Assembly: GCF_001194135.2 (NCBI RefSeq)
Contig: NC_068998.1
Coordinates: 30,247,552 to 30,290,193 of the forward strand
Length of the DNA: 42,642 nt
Direction: 5' to 3'
Origin: Octopus bimaculoides
Taxonomy: Eukaryota
Shown here: piece after piece, positions 35,659 to 42,642 of the stretch
Numbering within the stretch: the stretch's first letter is position 1
Layout of the letters: each line of letters starts with the position of its first letter
Notes under the pieces: generated by a model
Database searches by the model: none
What the model was told of the DNA's origin: nothing
What the model saw: the letters and a program-made list of their open reading frames with translations, nothing else
Program-made: the position numbers and the translations under genes

Positions 35659-36645
35659 TATATAACAACATAATGGACCACTTTATATCATAGTTAATGT
35701 TCCTGTCTTTCAAATTCCAAATGCATTTACTAACATTCATAGAAATACATTTTCTTCTAAACCTAAATGAAGAAGAATGGTTATGTAACCTAGATTTCCA
35801 AATTGTAGTACAAGAACCTATGTAATAATAGATATGATCCCCTACAATTACTTTACATTGATATTCTTTGTTAAACACTGATTTTGTAAAGGACACATAA
35901 GTCTGTTTTTGAAATTACAAAGGCATTTGTTCACTTGTATATAGTACTCATGGTTAAAGGAATTAGTACTCTACTCTCAGAATTAGGTGTTAAACTAGGA
36001 TAATAAGCAGCATTATAATCAATGTTATTAATATATGTTATCTTTAAGGTACTATCAATTTCACAGTTGGAATTACCTTCACCTAAAGTATCAAAAACTC
36101 GTTCTGATAAATTATCATTTGAGCTTATCTCACAATTTATCCTGTCAGTTCTACTCATATTTATGAATTTTGAGTTGAGATATTAATTTTACTTCTGTTA
36201 TGTACAGCTATAGTTTCAACCAAATTTCTTGTGGTTGAAGAGGAAAATTTTACTCTATGGTGATTAAATAATTTCCTGTACTTACTTGAAAGTGGGAAAT
36301 ATCTATCTAATGCAGTAGAGAATTTCTGAGGAATATTAGTAGTTATGTAAGATGCGAATGGTGCATTACACCAGACAATATTCCTTGATTTAGCCTTTCT
36401 ATTATTTACATAGACTCTTTTTTCACAATACTAACATTATCAACATTTTTACAATTAATAATTCCAAAATTTGATGTTGCCATTATTCTTATGCTTAAAG
36501 TTATTCATACCTGCTGACCCTTGTTATTACTATTATTATTATTATTATTAACATTTATACCAACCATACTTTTAGTATCTTCAGAATTATGCCAATGCTT
36601 ATTGATATCTATATGTTTAACCTGAAGCCATTTTACCAGTCTTAT
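35659..36645 (-). mobile_element. Penelope-like element fragment (linker plus GIY-YIG), cut by the Tc1
   Basis: RKAKSRNIVWCNAPF...KYRKLFNHHRVKFS; CPLQNQCLTK; YYYIGSCTTIWKSRLHNH...SKCIWNLKDRNINYDIKWSI. Confidence 0.88.
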
Positions 36646-38569
36646 TCATATTAGGGTAATTCCATACGAAATCAATACAATTTTTTTTTTTAAATTGAAG
36701 GTTGCGTGAAACCAATTTCTTTCAAACTTTGCATGCTAAATGGTTTTCATATGAAACCCGTAAATATGAAATAGTTTCTACCTGATTCTAATATTTGCTG
36801 ATTCTAATATTTACCTGATTCTAATATTTGAAATTTTCAAAAAAGTGACATTTTTTTTGGTTACTCATTAACTTTGAGAAGTCATATTTCAGTTACTATT
36901 TGAACTAGAAAGCTCTTTCTTTTTTTTTTCATTTTTCATTTTAAAGCATTTAAATAGATCTACAACTTTTTGTTTAGGGTATTTTTTCCTTATGATAAAA
37001 ATAAAAAAGTTGGCCTAAAATTTGACCTTTGACCTTTCATAGGTCAAAAGACACGGTCATCAATTTTTTTGGAAATTTTGTCCAAATATTGCCCTACTTA
37101 GTCACAACTCACATAAAAAAATTCATACTGGGATCTCAACAGGAAATATTTTTAATAAACATAATTATAGTGAAAAGTAGTGACAAATTATCAAACATTG
37201 ATGACTAAGCAAGACAATTTGAGCTTGAAGGAGAAAAGGAAGTGCTGATAATCAAATTTAATTGTAACTACTTTTCAGCTCTGCTATGGTCAATGGTGGC
37301 AATATCACTGCCAACACTTAGAATCATCAAGCAAATTGTTAGCATCCCCATCTCCTGATAGCTTAGCAGATGAAGACTCATGTCCCAACCTCCCACCATA
37401 GCCTTGCTTTAAATGCTTAGGTATTTGTTAGATGGAATTCTGAAATCTTCAAAATTTAATGAGATAATTTTCTTGAAATTAATAATTGTGATGCATTTTT
37501 CATTTCTTTTTCTGTTAAAGTATATGTTCTCCCTATTGCAGTTCTGGGGTCAAATTTACAAAGGATGTCTAAATAACCCACTGTTAAAACAATTGACTTT
37601 CTAGAATACTGAAAAGATGATGAAGGTTCTTTAGGTTCAAGAACGGTGAGTTTTACTTGCATAGTTTCTGGGTATGTTTCCAGAACACAGGCTAAATACC
37701 AGTCACCATCATAAATTGCAGCTACAAACCCTTTTATATCCTCAAATTGAATAGCATCTTGCATAGAGATTCTAATTTTAATATAATTATCTATCACAGA
37801 TATCATTTTTACCTTAATTTCTGAAGGTGAGTTTGGGATAAAGCAATGCAACTTTTGTGTCCCTGGAATATCTTTGCATTTCTAAATCTCTCTCTCAATA
37901 GATTTTCCTCATTCTACATTTCATCATTTGAGAAGTAGATAAAATTAATTCCAGGAATGTTTTGCTGACCATAATCATAAAGTTGTCTTGGAGTCATGAT
38001 TTATTCATTGAAAGGGCATTGTAAACTTGCCCAAGCTTCCATTTGTTTAATTGTACCTCCTAAGCCATCACAAGGTCCCCTGCCATGAGAAGTAGCAAAG
38101 AAGTGCCACTCTGCATCAGTTTGGAAATCTATAGAATGGTAGCAAAAATTTATAAAATTCTTACAATTTTTATACCGTGAAGCAGTACCATCTGAAAAAT
38201 AGATAATTTTGTTGATATTAGAGACTTTGCTCCAAAGAAAATCTGTCAGCATTTTTTGGAAGAGATGGACTGCAACTGTATCATGCTTAATGCAGTCAGG
38301 TATAATAACAATATTGACATTAGTCACATCATTGTTTAGTTTATATTAACAAACGGATGGATAGTGGCTTGGGTATTGGTCCAATGAAATCCTTGTACAG
38401 TATCTTGCAAGAGGAATGAACAATTCTCTGAAAAATCAGCTATGACTAAGATTTCTCCTTCACTTAAAGATTCTTTTCTTGAAGTACAAAATTTAGATTG
38501 TTCCTTTGCAATGAAATCATGTGCATTATTTACAATGGACGGATAGGTGTCCTCACCTTGTTTGTTGTT

Positions 38570-38615
38570 ATCACAATGTTTCAGCAGATGCACTCTCCAG
38601 CCTTCATCAGGTGTT
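38570..38615 (-). ncRNA. Degenerate minimal hammerhead motif
   Basis: aacac-CTGATGA-a-ggctg-gagagtgcat-ctgct-GAAAC-att-gtgat; stems II and III are imperfect. Confidence 0.55.
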
Positions 38616-38854
38616 CTGGTGGAATTTCGAACCCAACCCTTTATTTGACTAATGGGGTACACTGTTCTCATTCCTCATGTTGCTAATGTTATTTTTCTGC
38701 TGATATTATTTTTGAAGTCCTTGCTTGGGACTGAACTTAGAATCCGAAGGTTAGTAGCCCATGCTCTTATCCCATGGGCAATTATACAGTGAATTTTAGG
38801 GCTTATAAACTTAGTATTTTATCTTTTCTTAATACTGGTTCGAAATTCCACCAA

Positions 38855-38908
38855 AACACCTGATGTGCTGATGAAGGCTGGAGAATACATCAGCCGAAAC
38901 ATTGTGAT
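38855..38908 (+). ncRNA. Hammerhead motif with perfect stem II and small 5' duplication
   Basis: acac-ctgatgtg-CTGATGA-a-GGCTG-gagaatacat-CAGCC-GAAAC-att-gtgat. Confidence 0.6.
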
Positions 38909-40859
38909 AACAAACAAGGTGAGGACACCTATCTGTCCATTGTAAATAATGTACATAATTCCTTATCACAAAAATATAGAATGGTAGAAGTAATGTACTT
39001 TAAGCACTTTAAACTTTAGACAGAATATTTCAACAAAATCATCTGTTGATTTTGATATATTTTCTAGGATTGTTCTGTCTGTTGTTAGCCATTGCTTATA
39101 TTATACTTTATTTCATATAAGAATTTTTCAAGCTCTTCTAACAAAGAATTACAATTTGAACAGTTGCCCATGTTGCAGTCATCTGTTATTGGGTTTCAAG
39201 TAATTGATTCCAAACATTGTTTATAATCAATCAAGTGAAACTTCATATCCTTAGTTAAATCAGATACTTTCATGCCAGAAATCATTAGTTTGACATTCTG
39301 ATGAATGGTGCATACACATACACTATATGTACCAGCACATTATGTGTACCTGCAAGTATGCATTCTTTTGGCCTTAGCTCTGTAAATTTTGAGAAACTAA
39401 TTTTGAATTCAGAATTTTTTGAATTAAACAATTGGAAGGCTTCCTTTATGCTACAATGTATGAGGTGCTTTTGCTCATGGACTCTTTTGCCATCTCTTTT
39501 TACTGATTCGTAATCCTTTTTCCCTGGCATAACTTTGCTTACATCATTTTTATAAAACTGAGAAACACAAATGGCAGTTTCTTGAGGAAATGTGCTTTTT
39601 CTATGGCTAGGATGTGATAAAATCCCTTGCTCATTGACCAGCCTTTTAGTTTGTCTAGCCATGTAATGAGGCACATTGAACTCCTTTTTGACTTTTCTTA
39701 GAGACCAGCTTTTTGGCAGAATTGTTAAAATTTGCAGTTTTTCTGATCTTTTTCTGTTGTTGCAAATTTTTCTTTTAACTGTTTGATTATTTAACTTTGA
39801 GGGTGATGATCTTTAAGCTCTTTTGATGATTCACTGACTTCCCTTCTAGGTGAAATGATTTGCATCTTTTGTGCGAAAGCATTTTCAATTTTTTTTTTCA
39901 GCATACATGATGGTAGTATCCATCTCACACATACACACACAACACACACTTTCTGTCTCACAACCCCTATCAACACATACACATGTCTTTGTCTATTTCC
40001 TCTCTCTTTCACTTTATTTTGACTTTTAAAAAAATGTACATTTCCACCCACAAAAATAAATAAATAAAAAAAGTTTTACGGAATTTACCGAACGCTATAC
40101 CTTAACAGCTGATAGCTCATTGCCAGTTCTTCGAGTCAAAACAAAAGATAGCCGGATATTTTGTTGCAAAATCTACTGTTATTGTTCTTAAAACTTTTTT
40201 CACAGGTACTGTATGCTTTTTAAATATGAAACATCACTTTTCTTGCTTAGCTAAAATCTTTCTTTTACATCCATCTGTAACTAGAAATTAACTAAAATGG
40301 TCATATATATCTTATCTGAAAAAAATAAGAATTAAGTAATTTAATTAGGCTGTATAACATGAACCATAGTTAATAGAAGACCTTATAACTACAGTTCCCA
40401 CTGAAATCCCAGTATAACTTTTTGTGAGTTGTATGTGAGTAGGGCAATATTAGGACAAAATTTCAAAATTTCAATGACCATGTCTTTTGACTTATGAAAG
40501 GTCATTTTTTAATTTTTATTGTAAGGAAAAAATACACTAAACAAAAGTTGTAGATCTATTTAAATGCTTTAAAATTTTAAAAAATTGAGCTTTCTAGCTC
40601 AAACAGTAGCTGAAATATGGCTTCTCAAAGTTACTGAGTAACTGAAAAAATGTTGCTTATTTGAAATGTCATTTTTTTTCAAATGGTCATAACTCAGCAA
40701 ATATTTCATATTTAAAGGTTTCAAAAGAAGGCCGTTTTGTATGCAAAGTTTGAAAGAAATCAGTTTCGGTCACTTTCAGCACCTGCAATGATTTCCCATG
40801 GAACCACCCATTATTCTCATGCTGGTATGAGAATATATCAACAGGACCATGTGGATAAG

Positions 40860-41560
40860 ACATACATGAACTCTTGGAATTTAATTCTGGATGAGCAGCT
40901 TCAATGTAATTTCTGTAAAAAAAGTTGCAAGTCACATGGAGGAATGAAGTGGCACTCGAGCATTCATAATAAACAAGCAGAAAATGGAGTGTGAAAGAAA
41001 CAAAGAAAATGATAAATCTAGTCAAGTTAAAGGTTCTTCATGAAGATAATATGGATGTTGCTCAGGCTCAAAAGATTAATCATTATGAAAACCTCCTCAA
41101 GGTATGTGAAGACACAGGCTGGAAAGTGGGGCATTTTCCAATCAAAGTCAGATGTAGAGGATTTGTTGGACACAATGTGAAGCAACTGTTACTATCATTA
41201 GGCCTAACTCATCATAAAGCAAATACTATCATCAGTGATATCCAAACTACAGTGGAAAGGGCAAGCCACTGGATTTGGATGAAAAGAGACGATGAGCAAT
41301 GACTAGAAGAAAATTGAGTGAAACCTGATAACCAGTTGATCTAGCACGTGGGGCCTCATTTCAGTGAGGAGAGCCAGTGAGCAATGATGCTGCTGAGAGG
41401 TAGGCCCCAAAATGGAGAACATTCTCTCCTGATGACCCATAAACTTGCTAGCACCCAGTATGTGGAGCTTTCAACTGGTAGCACTTGCATCTGCAAGTTG
41501 TTCGCAAGAAATCTATGTAACCAGCTCTTCAAATGCCTTTTGTGGTTCAAAAGTCATTTA
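40860..41560 (+). mobile_element. HERO-like (RLE) non-LTR retrotransposon remnant
   Basis: LVKLKVLHEDNM...KINHYENLLKVCEDTGWKVGHFPIKVRCRGFVG...VERASHWIWMKRD matches the HERO RLE end, preceded by the C2H2 motif CNFCKKSCKSHGGMKWHSSIH. Confidence 0.72.
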
Positions 41561-41629
41561 AGATCTCACTCTAGGAAAGAGGAATTATAGGTACAAGAAG
41601 TTAAGTTCAGCAAGGAGCAGACAACCACC

Positions 41630-41660
<31 letters not shown>

Positions 41661-41884
41661 TACATATCACATAAAGTCAAGAGATGTGAAAAGTGAAGAT
41701 AGATTTATTTTTACATATAACTTCTATGTAGTAGTAGTAGCAGCAGCAGCAACAGCAGCAGCAGTACAGGGTATTTGGGATAAATCTGACAGTTTGCATA
41801 AAAGGAAAAGAAAAAAACAATATCCCATCCAAAAAAGAAAAGTATTTAAAAAATCAAAACATATCAACTAGATTATGACTGGGA

Positions 41885-42340
41885 GATAATAGTTTATTTA
41901 AAGTAGCTGCCCTAAACTTCCACCATGGCCTAAAGACAGTTCTGGAACCTGACATGTGTTTCTCACTGTGTCCCTGGGAAGATCTTCAAACATCTCCTTG
42001 ATCTTTGGTATTGCAGGCAAAGTGGTTGGTATCTTTCTCACCCATGCTCCACATATAGTAATCCGTTGAATTACAATCAGGAGAATCAGGAGGCCAGAAA
42101 ATGGGGCTGGTGAAGTTGTAGAAATTCTCCAATAACCACTTCTTGTATCAGCAGTATGGCAAAGAACCAAATCCTGCTGCCATACATATGGCCTTTCTGC
42201 AGTGTCATGTCGGAATCACAACACAATCATATTCTACCAGAATTTGACCACAGTCTCCAGCAGATTCACATAGCTGTCTGAATTGAGCTTAAGGCCTCAT
42301 TAAAAGATCTGAGGCAATATGATGTCCACCCTCACTGGAG
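41885..42340 (-). mobile_element. Tc1/mariner superfamily (maT/DD37D-like) transposase remnant
   Basis: Reverse translation LKLNSDSYVNLLETVVK...WQQD...KWLLENFYNFTSPIFWPPDSPDCNSTDYYMW. Confidence 0.75.
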
Positions 42341-42342
42341 AC

Positions 42343-42642
42343 CAGTGGCGTACGGTGACTTCCGGGGTTGGGCATGCAATGAATTTCTCCACCACCACCA
42401 CCCCTGGCAATTTTTCAGTAAAAAAATTTTCATATTCCTACAATTTACATATGGGAGATTCTGAATATGCAATCACCCCCGTATGACCTAGAATAAGCAG
42501 GGAATAAAAAATGGCTCTGTAAAGATGAGCCTGAAATAAGTGTATTGTTTATATTTTTCTCTCTCTTCGAAACGTCAGTACTTTCCCATCCTCACTCTCC
42601 CTTAAAAATCTAAAAATCATAAGTGAAATGTAATAAAGATGA
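42343..42642 (+). mobile_element. Probable hAT-type element left end
   Basis: Begins CAGTGGCGTA, a common hAT terminus. The other end is outside the window. Confidence 0.45.

Larger units (their letters stand above)
38525..38992. mobile_element. tRNA-headed SINE with hammerhead-type tail plus inverted tail duplication, inserted in the Sola transposase
   Basis: Minus-strand tRNA-like head at 38717-38779 leads into CTGATGA-a-ggctg...-GAAAC (38570-38615). An inverted tail copy lies at ~38838-38980. The transposase frame ..KVLKVH|DFIAK.. is split at this insert. Confidence 0.78.
36654..40809 (-). mobile_element. Sola2-like DNA transposon, both ends present, long TIRs, disrupted transposase
   Basis: GGG/CCC termini with ATTA on both flanks (36650-36653, 40810-40813). 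TIRs ~36654-37145 vs ~40395-40809. Motifs DFSEN..LQDTVQGFHW, YFSDGTASRYKN and FFATSHGRGPCDGLGGTIK. The Sola2 subgroup is assigned from recalled motifs. Confidence 0.8.

Overview
Repeat-saturated eukaryotic genomic DNA with several N-gaps. The SINE/RTE/Penelope repeat content suggests an octopod cephalopod (inference). The only host coding signal is two minus-strand exons of an SV2-like MFS transporter (13581-13631 and 11795-11956), which splice in frame to ...YEDALEATGNGIFNYLLTFICGWAVSSDAIEIMSLSFVLP... Nearly everything else is decayed mobile DNA. LINEs: RTE, CR1, L1/Tx1, R4/Dong and HERO-like. Penelope-like fragments. DNA transposons: two mariner copies, a DD41D element, an IR/DR Tc1, a maT-like remnant, a TSD-flanked Sola2-like element with long TIRs, hAT and Tc1/mariner MITEs, and Helitron-like elements carrying TTAGGG tracts. 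The most interesting signal is a set of minimal type I hammerhead ribozyme motifs in two element families, each forming a divergent inverted pair. One is a tRNA-headed SINE with a hammerhead tail (38519-38998). The other is a circularly permuted ~0.5 kb unit (16995-18030) that looks like a retrozyme or Penelope pseudo-LTR, with a diverged relative at ~28.0 kb. No CRISPR array, rRNA or intact tRNA was seen. All classifications come from motifs read by eye, with no database search.
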